From positions 30,720 to 94,719 of the forward strand of contig JAMCPL010000008.1 of the NCBI GenBank assembly GCA_023379675.1: a stretch of DNA of 64,000 bases. The letters are read 5' to 3'. Below, one piece after another: positions 47,178 to 56,416 of the stretch. The position numbers and the translations under genes are program-made. How positions within the stretch are numbered: position 1 is the first letter of the stretch; the number at the start of each line of letters is the position of its first letter. The notes under the pieces were generated by a model that saw nothing but the letters and a program-made list of their open reading frames with translations, did no database searches and was not told the origin of the DNA. The DNA is from Actinomycetota bacterium. GTDB lineage: Bacteria > Actinomycetota > Acidimicrobiia > Acidimicrobiales > JAMCPL01.

Positions 47178-48875
47178 ATGTATTATAGCATTGGCATGGC
47201 AAGGCAGTACAGGACAGATTTGCATCAGCCCAACCGCGGGTCGGATGGAAGCGATACAGTCGTGGAGTGGGAAGAGGCATACCAGGCGGAGCACAAGCGC
47301 AAGCAGGACTTTCGTACACTGTCGGGAATATCGCTCGAACCAGTATACGGCCCAGAAAATGCCGAGATGCCTGGAGTCTATCCATTCACGAGAGGTCCTT
47401 ATGCATCGATGTACCGTACCAAACTATGGACCATGCGGATGTTTGCCGGGTTCGGCACGGCGGAGGAGACCAACGGCCGCTTTCGTAGGCTGTTGGCAAA
47501 TGGCCAGAGTGGCCTTTCGGTGGCATTTGACCTCCCCACCCTGATGGGACGTGATTCCGACGATCCGCGTTCCGAAGGTGAAGTGGGCCGTTGTGGAGTT
47601 GCGGTGGATACTCTCGAGGACATGAAGACGCTCTTCAAGGGAATTGATCTCGATTCGATAAGCACTTCGATGACCATAAATGGCTCCGCCATAGCCCTGC
47701 TGGCTATGTATATCGCAGTAGCAGAGATGCAGGGCGTACAGAGGAAAGCACTGGCTGGTACTATTCAGGCCGACATATTGAAGGAGTACCAAGCTCAGAA
47801 GGAATATATATTCCCGCCTAGGCCGGCTGTGCGCATTGTATCGGACATGATCCGCTACTGTGCCCTGGAGATGCCGAGCTACCATCCAGTATCTGTATCG
47901 GGGTACCACATCAGGGAGGCCGGATCGACTGCAGTACAGGAACTGGCCTTCACTCTTGCAAACGGCTTTGCCTATGTCGAGGAAGTCATGAGAAAGGGCA
48001 TGGATATAGATGACTTTGCACCTGGGCTGTCCTTCTTCTTCAACAGCCACATTGATTTCTTCGAGGAGATAGCCAAGCTGAGAGCCGCCAGGAGGATATG
48101 GGCACGATGGATGAAGGATTATTATCACGCCAGGAACCCTCTTTCCATGAGGTGCCGCTTCCATGTCCAGACTGCGGGATGCTCGCTCACCGCATCGCAG
48201 GCCGAAGTCAACATAGCCAGGACTGCGATAGAGGCTCTGGCCGGTGTCCTGGGCGGTACGCAGAGCCTTCATACCAACTCCATGGATGAAGTTCTTTCTC
48301 TCCCCACGGAGAAAGCGGCTCGTATTGCTTTGCGTACCCAGCAGGTCATAGCTCACGAGACAGGAGTGGCGGATGTGGCAGACCCGCTCGGCGGTAGCTG
48401 GTACGTCGAAAGCCTAACCGAGGAGATGGAACGCCGGGCGGAGGAGATATTTGCAAGGATACTGGAGATGGGTGGCGGTTCTTTTCTTGAAGGTTCTTAT
48501 GCAGGAATAGAACAGGGATGGTACCAGCGGGAGATAGCGGAGGCAGCTTACGAGCAAGAGCGACGCATATCGTCGGGGAACCGTATTTTTGTGGGTGTGA
48601 ACGCTTTCCTGGAGGGGAACGAAGAGGCAATTCCCACCCTGGTAATAGGAGAGGATGCCGAGTCGAGGCAGGTGGATGCTCTGCAACGTGCAAAAGCAAG
48701 CCGCGATGCCAGACTGGTCGCTTCTACTCTGGCTACATTGGTTGCCAGCGCTGGAGATGGGAGCAACCTGGTACCTCCAATGATAGAGGCGGTCAAAGCA
48801 GGCTGTACGGTAGGCGAGACCATGGATGCATTGGCGACAGTATTCGGCACGTATGAAGAGCCGGTATTCACCTAG
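47178..48875 (+). CDS. acyl-CoA mutase large (substrate-binding TIM-barrel) subunit, without a B12-binding domain
   Basis: FTRGPYASMYRTKLWTMRMFAGFGTAEETN, GLSVAFDLPT, SGYHIREAG. It is 565 aa and ends before any B12-binding DxHxxG domain. Confidence 0.85.
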   Translation: MYYSIGMARQYRTDLHQPNRGSDGSDTVVEWEEAYQAEHKRKQDFRTLSGISLEPVYGPENAEMPGVYPFTRGPYASMYRTKLWTMRMFAGFGTAEETNGRFRRLLANGQSGLSVAFDLPTLMGRDSDDPRSEGEVGRCGVAVDTLEDMKTLFKGIDLDSISTSMTINGSAIALLAMYIAVAEMQGVQRKALAGTIQADILKEYQAQKEYIFPPRPAVRIVSDMIRYCALEMPSYHPVSVSGYHIREAGSTAVQELAFTLANGFAYVEEVMRKGMDIDDFAPGLSFFFNSHIDFFEEIAKLRAARRIWARWMKDYYHARNPLSMRCRFHVQTAGCSLTASQAEVNIARTAIEALAGVLGGTQSLHTNSMDEVLSLPTEKAARIALRTQQVIAHETGVADVADPLGGSWYVESLTEEMERRAEEIFARILEMGGGSFLEGSYAGIEQGWYQREIAEAAYEQERRISSGNRIFVGVNAFLEGNEEAIPTLVIGEDAESRQVDALQRAKASRDARLVASTLATLVASAGDGSNLVPPMIEAVKAGCTVGETMDALATVFGTYEEPVFT

Positions 48876-48919
48876 GGCATATTCAGTGAGAATTACTATC
48901 GCCTACTCGGATACAACGG

Positions 48920-50017
48920 ATGCATGAGGCCATACGGGAAGCAGCAAGGATTATACGTGGCGGAGGTCTGGTAAGCTTTCCCACTGAGACCGTTTACGGG
49001 CTGGGGGCAGATGCCAGCAATGCGACTGCAGTTAGCAGGATATACCGTGTCAAGCAGCGTCCTTGCGAAGATCCACTTATCGTACATATATCGTCTCTGG
49101 AAAGCATTGATGCAATATCCGGGCAAGCTTCACCTGCGGTAAAGGAATTAGCAAGTCTCTTCTGGCCTGGCCCGTTGACGATGGTGCTGCAGCGGTCAGG
49201 AAACATGGTTGTTCCGCAGGTGTCCGGGGGACGCCCGACAGTAGCGGTAAGAATGCCGGATCACCCGGTGGCGCTTGCAATAATCGAAGCGGCCGGAGTG
49301 CCCGTGGCGGCCCCTAGCGCCAACCGGTTCGGTCATGTCAGTCCCACCTGCGCCGAGGATGTGGTTGCCGACCTCGGAGACGAGGTGGATATGGTGATCG
49401 ATGCTGGCCCGACTCGCATAGGCGTTGAATCCACTGTGATCGACATGACCGCGGCAATCCCGTCAATACTTCGACCGGGTGGAGTAACTATCGAGGAGTT
49501 GCGCCAAATACTACCAAAGGTAGAGTACAAGTCACGCGAGGTCGATGATAGTCCAGATGCCCCGGGCCGCTACTTGCGGCACTATGCGCCTGATACTCCT
49601 ATGGTGGTAGTAGATGGCGAGGATCGGGAACTTCTGTACAAGATGGCTCAGGAATTAGCACGCAAGGGGAAACGAGTCGTGGTGATAAGTGGTGTCACCA
49701 ATCGGGAATACGAAGCCACCGGGCGGGGTCGTATGAATTATGATGATATGTCAGGTGGCACGATACTGACGCTGGATCGATACGATGCGACTGGAATGGC
49801 TCGAAATCTTTACAGGATGCTGCGACTGGCGGATTCCCAGGGTGCAGATATCATCCTGGCAGGTGTGCTGGAGGAGACCGGAGTCGGTGTTGCGGTGAAT
49901 GATCGCTTGTTCAGGGCAGCAGGTGGAAGGGTGATTACCGATGATTCGCCGGCTGCTGTGGAGACCATATCAGCACTGGCAACGGCAGAACCACAGGAAA
50001 CATTCAGCCAAGAGTAG
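48920..50017 (+). CDS. L-threonylcarbamoyladenylate synthase (YrdC + Sua5 domains)
   Basis: GGLVSFPTETVYGLGADA, KQRPCEDPLIVHI, SANRFGHVSPT. Confidence 0.9.
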   Translation: MHEAIREAARIIRGGGLVSFPTETVYGLGADASNATAVSRIYRVKQRPCEDPLIVHISSLESIDAISGQASPAVKELASLFWPGPLTMVLQRSGNMVVPQVSGGRPTVAVRMPDHPVALAIIEAAGVPVAAPSANRFGHVSPTCAEDVVADLGDEVDMVIDAGPTRIGVESTVIDMTAAIPSILRPGGVTIEELRQILPKVEYKSREVDDSPDAPGRYLRHYAPDTPMVVVDGEDRELLYKMAQELARKGKRVVVISGVTNREYEATGRGRMNYDDMSGGTILTLDRYDATGMARNLYRMLRLADSQGADIILAGVLEETGVGVAVNDRLFRAAGGRVITDDSPAAVETISALATAEPQETFSQE

Positions 50018-50519
50018 ATATATTGAGTTCGCTATCGGATATACGCGTATCGTCCGCCATGCGGGCGGCATAGACACTGAGGGTTTCTTCCAGCTTCTGA
50101 TCGCCAATAGCGATTATCCTGGCAGCAAGGATTGCAGCGTTGGTTGCCCCTCCGATGGCCACTGTGGCTACGGGCACGCCTTTTGGCATCTGCACAATGG
50201 ACAGTAACGAATCCAGGCCGTCCAGGTAGCGAAGTGCAACAGGAACTCCAATGACTGGCAACGTCGTGGTGGCGGCAAGCATTCCAGGCAGGTGTGCTGC
50301 GCCGCCAGCACCGGCCACCAGCACTTGCAGCCCGCGTCCCCTAGCGCTACGACCGTATGCCAGCAGGTCGTCAGGGGCGCGGTGCGCTGACACCACTCTG
50401 ATTTCGTAGCCGATACCCCACTCATCCAGCAGATCAGCCGCTGCTCGCATAGTATCCAGGTCGGAACGGCTGCCCATGACGATGCCTACTCTTACAGCTG
50501 ATGGTACTGTACCGGACAT
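50004..50519 (-). CDS. purE: 5-(carboxyamino)imidazole ribonucleotide mutase
   Basis: VGIVMGSRSDLDTM...SAHRAPD...AGGAAHLPGM...PVIGVP. I moved the start to ATG 50519. Confidence 0.93.
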   Translation of the reverse strand: MSGTVPSAVRVGIVMGSRSDLDTMRAAADLLDEWGIGYEIRVVSAHRAPDDLLAYGRSARGRGLQVLVAGAGGAAHLPGMLAATTTLPVIGVPVALRYLDGLDSLLSIVQMPKGVPVATVAIGGATNAAILAARIIAIGDQKLEETLSVYAARMADDTRISDSELNISTLG

Positions 50520-51103
50520 GTACAAAACGTAGCACAATGCCACTATCCGATCCACTTCGTCGAACTGGCACTATTACGACAAGTACCACCAACAACCAGC
50601 ACCATTCCGTGGTCCTTCTACTAGGTACGCTATTGGTTTACGTTTAGGTACTACGGGATCATAGTAATCTGTACCCACTATGTCAGGCGGGAGGCGGCAG
50701 TGGCTGTTGTACATTTTTGTATATTATGCCATCTTCACACAACCAAAGATGAACCCGACTTAAGTGGGATTATTCGTATCACGTATCTATCAAGTCCAGG
50801 AACTTACCTACATGGTTTTCTCGCCCTAGCTTACCAGGGGAACACGATTTTCACGATTTGCATCAGACTTATGCGGCGCTTCTCATGGGCCAAAATGCTC
50901 ATCCACGGGTGACAACAGAGTGCTGGAAACATTCACCCATCAACGTACACATTCACACTTACGGCTATCTGCTACCAGATTGGCCGAGGAACCGACGAAG
51001 AAGCTCGTTCAGACATGGACAACTATCAAAGGATAAATTAAGAATCGCTACACGTGCCTGTCACTCCACGTGCCTAGCTTTTGTAACCTGGCCTGAGCTC
51101 ATT

Positions 51104-51179
51104 TGGCTGGCGGGGAAGGGCTCGAACCTTCAACCTCTGGGTCCAAAGCCCAGCGTTCTGCCAATTGAACTACCCGCCA
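51104..51179 (-). tRNA. tRNA-Gln (anticodon UUG), 76 nt with encoded CCA
   Basis: Folded by hand: 7-bp acceptor stem with U1:A72, D stem GUUC/GAAC, anticodon stem CUGGG/CCCAG with loop CUUUGGA, T arm GAAGG-UUCGAGC-CCUUC, discriminator G73, CCA. Confidence 0.95.
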
Positions 51180-51467
51180 ATGCGTAAACGCTTCAGGTAT
51201 GTCCAGTACCAAGCGTCAAAGCCACCAGCGACCCCATGCGTCGATCTTTACCAGCTACATTCAATACTAGCAAAGTGATGCGTACAACAGCACCGCTCCT
51301 GCTCGCTTTCCCTGCGTAATGCCTCGCTGGACGCACGGCACTACCGATTATCGCTCTTCAGCTACGGGCCGGCGCCGCTACCCAGCGTTGCTATGCGCAA
51401 CATGCTTGTCTGTTTGCCCTCCCCAGATTGGCGCCGACCCTTAAGTTGGGCTATTGTACTCAGAGCA

Positions 51468-51569
51468 ATGGGATCACTGATAAAAAAGCGCCGCAAGCGC
51501 ATGCGTAAAAAGAAGCACAAGAAGCTGCTCAAGGCAACGCGCTGGCAGAGGCGCTCCGCGGGCAAGTAA
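51468..51569 (+). CDS. 30S ribosomal protein bS22 (33 aa; AURKAIP1/COX24-domain small basic protein)
   Basis: Translation MGSLIKKRRKRMRKKKHKKLLKATRWQRRSAGK is nearly identical in pattern to mycobacterial bS22 (MGSVIKKRRKRM.KKKHRKLL..TR.QRR). It is below the ORF-track length cut-off. Confidence 0.8.
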   Translation: MGSLIKKRRKRMRKKKHKKLLKATRWQRRSAGK

Positions 51570-51576
51570 TCCGCCG

Positions 51577-52329
51577 TCAGCTGCGTCTTTCCACCCGGCC
51601 GTTCCGGTAAACGTCACGCGCAGAGCCTTGGTCTCTGGGCATGAGGACAATCTCGTCAATGTTGACATGGTCCGGTCGCGTGACCGCCCACCTTATCGCG
51701 TCAGCTACATCACCGGCACTGAGCGGAACCAGGCCTTCATATACCTTGCTTGCGCGCGTCAGATCTCCTTCGAAACGTACCAGGGAGAAATCGGTTTCAA
51801 CCATGCCCGGAGCTATGTCGATGACACGTACCGGCTTTCCCAGCAATTCAAGTCTGAGGGTCCTAGCCACCGCCCTTTGAGCGTGTTTAGCTGCGACATA
51901 CCCGGCGCCACCAGGATATGCCTGCCTGGCTGCAACACTGGTTACAAACACGACACTGCCCCGCCCGGTTGCCTCCAGCTTGGGAAGCAACGCCCTGGTC
52001 ATGTAAAGCGAACCCATCACATTTGCATTGAACATCCAGAGCCAATTGCTGTCATTGGCCTCAGCTACAGGTTCCATGCCAAGTGCACCACCGGCGTTAT
52101 TGACCAGGACTCCCACCTCATCAATCTTGGCTGCAAAGTCGGCCACAGAATTGGTATCCGTGACATCAAGATAATAGGCATCCGCCCCTATTTCCACTGC
52201 TATGGCATTCAGGCGATCCAGTCGCCTCGCGCCCATGACCACCTTGTAACCTTCCGCGGCAAGGACACGAGCAGTGGCCTCGCCTATCCCGCTGGAAGCT
52301 CCCGTCACCACCGCAACTTTCGATTCCAC
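51577..52329 (-). CDS. SDR-family oxidoreductase
   Basis: VAVVTGASSGIGEATA, NNAG, YVAAK catalytic motif. Confidence 0.85.
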   Translation of the reverse strand: MESKVAVVTGASSGIGEATARVLAAEGYKVVMGARRLDRLNAIAVEIGADAYYLDVTDTNSVADFAAKIDEVGVLVNNAGGALGMEPVAEANDSNWLWMFNANVMGSLYMTRALLPKLEATGRGSVVFVTSVAARQAYPGGAGYVAAKHAQRAVARTLRLELLGKPVRVIDIAPGMVETDFSLVRFEGDLTRASKVYEGLVPLSAGDVADAIRWAVTRPDHVNIDEIVLMPRDQGSARDVYRNGRVERRS

Positions 52330-52345
52330 GTCTATTCCTTACCTG

Positions 52346-53191
52346 CTAAAGAGCACGTGCCGGCAGTGTGCATGCCTCCACTATAGGCGCTCGATTGCTT
52401 TTCATGACAAGTGCATCCCTACCACTCAGTCCCAGTTGCTCCTTGGTTCCTTCTACATACCAGGTCGTCCCGCTGCCGGCCAGATGAGGCCGGCACCCGG
52501 TGGCGTTGCCAAGTACATCCCGCCACAATTCGAGCTGCGGCTGCAGACGGAGCGCCGCACTTTCAAGATCGTTGAAATACCCATCATCGCTAGTACTACT
52601 GTGTTGCAAAGACGGTGCCAAGCTATCCCAACTCTCGTAGACCCGACCTGTCTCGATACCGAATGGCGGCATCATCAAGACAAACCGCTTCTCTTCAAAT
52701 GGCATCTGTGCTACGTCCTCACCCAGCCCGCAAACACGGGCCTTGCCCCCCGATAGGCAGAACGGCACGTCAGCGCCCAATCGTGCAGCAGCTTTGTGCG
52801 AGGTGTAGCCGGCCCATCGAAGTACTGCAGCCGCATCCGCAGATCCGCCTCCCAATCCAGCACCCGAAGGAATCCGCTTGATCAGCCTAACTCCCACATC
52901 GGCGCCCACCATACGTATAGCCCTGTTGACCAGATTCGAATCACCCGCCGTAATATCCCTCAGGCCCAGTCCGCCGACGACTTCATCCACCACCTGCAGA
53001 CCTCTACCGGGCTCGAAAACAAGTTCGTCGGCAAAATCCACGGTTACCACTTGCGCCTCTATCAAATGATAGCCGTCGTCCCTCCTGCCAACCACCTTGA
53101 ACGACAGGGTGAGCTTCGCATACGCCGACACGGTAGTCACACTATTGCCACTATTAGTTCTTTTACTTGTATATTGTGTCACGATCATCAC
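52346..53191 (-). CDS. ispE: 4-(cytidine 5'-diphospho)-2-C-methyl-D-erythritol kinase
   Basis: AYAKLTLSFKVVGRRDDGYH and the GHMP motif IPSGAGLGGGSADAAA. Confidence 0.9.
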   Translation of the reverse strand: MMIVTQYTSKRTNSGNSVTTVSAYAKLTLSFKVVGRRDDGYHLIEAQVVTVDFADELVFEPGRGLQVVDEVVGGLGLRDITAGDSNLVNRAIRMVGADVGVRLIKRIPSGAGLGGGSADAAAVLRWAGYTSHKAAARLGADVPFCLSGGKARVCGLGEDVAQMPFEEKRFVLMMPPFGIETGRVYESWDSLAPSLQHSSTSDDGYFNDLESAALRLQPQLELWRDVLGNATGCRPHLAGSGTTWYVEGTKEQLGLSGRDALVMKSNRAPIVEACTLPARAL

Positions 53192-53291
53192 CCAACAAGC
53201 TCACATCACAATCAGCCTACACACGTAATCCAGTCCATTCCGCAGCAGAACAACTACATACTATATACAATCGTTACATACCATGGTTGCG

Positions 53292-54185
53292 TCAACTGTC
53301 GCCGCTCCGGATCGCAGCCGCCAGCCTGCCCCACTCTATGATGCTCAGCTCTTGCGGGCGTGACTCGGGGGACACACCTGCATGCAAGAACGCCTCCTGG
53401 CTGCACCAGCCTGCAAGCGAATGCCTCAGCATTTTCCGCCTGTGCCGGTACGAAGCATAGATCAATTCCACCATGGACGCGTAGCCGGCTACAGTGGGAT
53501 CTACGGCCACTTCCGGAAGCCTCTTGATCTGGACCAGTGACGATTCCACCCTGGGTCGTGGCACAAAGACATTCCTCGACACGGTGCCCAGCAACTGGGA
53601 TGTTGCAAAATACGACATCCTGACCGTCACTGCACTATAGGTGCTGGAACCTGGCCTGGCCGTCCATCTTCGGGCAACCTCGCGCTGTGCCATGACGACC
53701 ATGGATTCCACCTGGGGCGCATCTTCCAGTATTCTCATCACCGCAGGCGTGGCTATGTTGTAGGGCAGGTTGGACACCATCTTCCATCTATCTTGCCCGA
53801 GTATCTCGTCAAAAGATATCCGTAGAATATCGCCCTCGACTATACGGACCCTGCCAGAGCGCTCCATGGGACGTAATCTCTCCACAAGGCGACGATCTAT
53901 CTCTACGGCAGTCACAAATGCACCGGCGTCCACAAGCGCACCGGTCAGAGCGCCAAGCCCTGGTCCTATTTCCAATACCCTGTCACCAGGATGCAACCTT
54001 CCCAACCAGGCAATCTTTCTCAATGTGTTGGGATCGATAACGAAATTCTGCCCCAGCGACCGCTTGGGAACCAGCAAGCCCAGCGAGTAGGCCTCTCGGG
54101 CCCTCGCCTCTGGATTATCTGAAGTTGCCGCGTGCATGGTTCCGCATGGGCCGGCACAGAAACCAGAAGCCAGGATGTCCGTCAC
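53292..54185 (-). CDS. rsmA: 16S rRNA (adenine1518/1519-N6)-dimethyltransferase
   Basis: LGQNFVIDPN, SAM motif VLEIGPGLGALT, NLPYNIATP. Confidence 0.93.
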   Translation of the reverse strand: MTDILASGFCAGPCGTMHAATSDNPEARAREAYSLGLLVPKRSLGQNFVIDPNTLRKIAWLGRLHPGDRVLEIGPGLGALTGALVDAGAFVTAVEIDRRLVERLRPMERSGRVRIVEGDILRISFDEILGQDRWKMVSNLPYNIATPAVMRILEDAPQVESMVVMAQREVARRWTARPGSSTYSAVTVRMSYFATSQLLGTVSRNVFVPRPRVESSLVQIKRLPEVAVDPTVAGYASMVELIYASYRHRRKMLRHSLAGWCSQEAFLHAGVSPESRPQELSIIEWGRLAAAIRSGDS

Positions 54186-54200
54186 GACGCCCGCAAGGCA

Positions 54201-55193
54201 CTACGCAATCCTGAACGCAGCACGGGTATTGTCCGCGGTGATCCGCCGTATCTCGTCCTCGCCGATTCCCAACAACCTGCCGATGCAATTGCCGACCAGT
54301 GTAACCCATCCCGGACGGTTGGGCTTACCCCTGTGTGGAACAGGGCTCAGGAATGGAGCATCCGTCTCCACAAGTAGGCGTTCAAGCGGGCACCGCCTGG
54401 CCGCTTCCCGTACCTCTTCTGCATTGCCAAAAGTCACTATACCGCTAAACGATATATATGCCCCAAGGGCAACCGCTCGATCAAGCTCACCAGGACCTCC
54501 CGTAAAACAGTGCATGATGGTCCTCGCGGGTGCCCCCTCTGATTCCAGTATTTCGAATACATCATCCCAGGCATCTCGCGCATGGATCACCAGCGTAAGG
54601 TCGTGGGAATTGGCCAGACCGATCTGGTCGGCAAAGGCCCTTTTCTGCAAGTCTTTCGAGGGAGCGTCGTAGTGATAGTCAAGACCGCACTCACCAATAC
54701 CTACAAGCATCCCTGGATGCATCCTGGCCGACCCGGTAACCAGCTTTTCCATATCCGGCTCGATATCCGCCCAAGTCTCAGCATCGTGGGGATGTACTCC
54801 AGCGGTATACCACAGGCCGAATCCATCCAGGCTGCCATGACCGCCTGAATCCTCCGCATGAAGGCGCTCGTAAACTGCCATGTTCCTTGCCTCACCGCTC
54901 GTATCACCACCAGAGGCAGTGTTGGAACTCGTTGCGCATCGGCCAGCCGCCTCTGTCTCGAGCCATTTTTCCTTCGATTCAGGAAAGTAAGCTTCCCTCA
55001 TCCGGGTACGTAGGTAAGTCACCAGATCCCGGGCCGACACGGAACTTTCCAGATCCGTACCCACGCAAACCAGTCCCACAACTCCGTTCGACCTGGCATC
55101 CACCACAGCATCAATGGGGTCTTTCCACTGATCACCATACTCGCCTTGAATATGGCAATGGCTGTCTATCCATCCAAGCTGGAACGCCTTCAC
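54201..55193 (-). CDS. tatD: TatD-family metal-dependent hydrolase/DNase with a ~58-aa low-complexity insert
   Basis: WIDSHCH, GIGECGLDYHY, VIHARDA, FSGIVTF, LVETDAPFL. The insert lies at about 54824-54998. Confidence 0.85.
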   Translation of the reverse strand: MKAFQLGWIDSHCHIQGEYGDQWKDPIDAVVDARSNGVVGLVCVGTDLESSVSARDLVTYLRTRMREAYFPESKEKWLETEAAGRCATSSNTASGGDTSGEARNMAVYERLHAEDSGGHGSLDGFGLWYTAGVHPHDAETWADIEPDMEKLVTGSARMHPGMLVGIGECGLDYHYDAPSKDLQKRAFADQIGLANSHDLTLVIHARDAWDDVFEILESEGAPARTIMHCFTGGPGELDRAVALGAYISFSGIVTFGNAEEVREAARRCPLERLLVETDAPFLSPVPHRGKPNRPGWVTLVGNCIGRLLGIGEDEIRRITADNTRAAFRIA

Positions 55194-55307
55194 GCTTCAA
55201 GTGTACCTGAACCTCGCAAAGCTGGCATCACTCCTGCAGCTTGCTGTAGAACCTCACGAATAGCTCGCTCATCCTCGGCCGTCGGGCACTGAGACGCCAA
55301 TTTTGCA

Positions 55308-55718
55308 CTATGTAGATCGGTCTTGCGGGCTGATCACGGCAAATCCAGCATTGATGGCTGCCGTAACGAGCCTATTGTCGTAGGCAATGAGCGCATCCAG
55401 CTCATTCTCGAGAATACGCATGGTAGCCAAGTGGATAGCATCCAAGGATCGCAGCATACGGTCCGGTTCGTTCATGGCGATGCTGACAATATCCTCGTCT
55501 ATACCGATGTAATCAAATGCACGTAAGAGATCCCGTGCCTCAGGAATTGCTGCCGGCAGAGCACATGTAACTGCTCGCATCACCTCAATGCGCAATAATG
55601 CAGAGCTTACCCATGAGCTGCTGGCACTGCTGTCGTAGAATGCGGCTAATGCATTTGAATGAGCTTCTTCGACAAGCAGCTTGAGAACAGCCGACGTGTC
55701 CACATAGTACATGCTCAC
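55308..55718 (-). CDS. vapC: type II toxin VapC (PIN-domain ribonuclease)
   Basis: YYVDTSAVLKLLVEE (first acidic residue), and a later DAIHLATM. 4-nt overlap (GTGA) with the upstream antitoxin gene. Confidence 0.8.
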   Translation of the reverse strand: MSMYYVDTSAVLKLLVEEAHSNALAAFYDSSASSSWVSSALLRIEVMRAVTCALPAAIPEARDLLRAFDYIGIDEDIVSIAMNEPDRMLRSLDAIHLATMRILENELDALIAYDNRLVTAAINAGFAVISPQDRST

Positions 55719-56023
55719 CAGACTTCCTCATCACGCAGCAGTGCCAGCGTCTCACTGAGCTGGTCACCGTGATCACTGCGTGGCCGCATCTTCGGGCGGT
55801 ATCCTGGTCTAGTTGCCGGCTGAGCTTTACCGGACTTGATCAACTGTGCCATGACCTGCGTGGGCACCTGTGTTTGCACCGGAATAATCCTCGCTATCGG
55901 ACGGCCATATTCTGTTATATCAACAATTTCTCCCCGCCGGACGCGAGCCATTACCCTACTGGTATCATGACGAAGCTCTCGAAGTCCCACAGCATGGGAC
56001 TCGTGATCATTGACCATTGCCAT
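55715..56023 (-). CDS. type II antitoxin (Phd/YefM-like) paired with VapC
   Basis: VGLRELRHDTSRVMARVRRGEIVDITEYGRPIARIIP is a Phd/YefM-type N-terminus. Translationally coupled to vapC. Confidence 0.75.
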   Translation of the reverse strand: MAMVNDHESHAVGLRELRHDTSRVMARVRRGEIVDITEYGRPIARIIPVQTQVPTQVMAQLIKSGKAQPATRPGYRPKMRPRSDHGDQLSETLALLRDEEVW

Positions 56024-56100
56024 ATAAATAAGTGTATCACATTTTTGTGGCTACATATCTTCTCTAGCGAGGTCAGGCAACACCAAGTGAAACAGGCACT

Positions 56101-56264
56101 CGCAATATGACATTATGATCATACCTGCCGCCACGTCCCGGTGGTTCTCCTGCAGGATCGTCACGATGCCAGGAATTCAAGGCAAGCTCCCTGGACCACC
56201 CCGCAAGCACCAGCGAATCGTCCAGATCCCCCATCCGAGGATCTGTTATACCTGCATGATCGAA
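56101..56264 (-). pseudogene. orphan fragment duplicating the last ~55 codons (minus the final tail) of the metallophosphoesterase gene at 62312-63994
   Basis: 164 bp aligns without gaps to 62340-62503, with 12 mismatches by my count. The frame is preserved ([55 protein letters not shown]), but a stop codon lies just upstream. Confidence 0.75.
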
Positions 56265-56266
56265 GG

Positions 56267-56297
56267 ACGTTCAGGTACGCGCTGGCAGTGGCGCCCG
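56267..56297. repeat. left copy of the perfect 31-bp direct repeat ACGTTCAGGTACGCGCTGGCAGTGGCGCCCG
   Basis: Identical to 58302-58332. Together the two copies bracket the ATPase/DUF4276 cassette. Confidence 0.97.
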
Positions 56298-56416
56298 CAC
56301 TCATACACCTGCATCGTCCTGCCACAAGCCAATTGACCCCGACAAATAGGGCGACATTCTTGGGAATATCTTGTTTCCAAGCCCGACCCAGCCGGTTTTA
56401 CCTGTGGTATTCTAGT

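Noticed and set aside
50858-51187. 109-aa plus-strand ORF overlapping tRNA-Gln
   Set aside because: It runs antisense through a well-folded tRNA gene and has no supporting features.
56141-56416. N-terminal 92-aa extension of the ATPase ORF given by the ORF track
   Set aside because: The extension reads through the metallophosphoesterase remnant (in antisense) and the 31-bp direct repeat, and is P/R-rich. The conserved ATPase N-terminus ([10 protein letters not shown]) begins shortly after ATG 56417.
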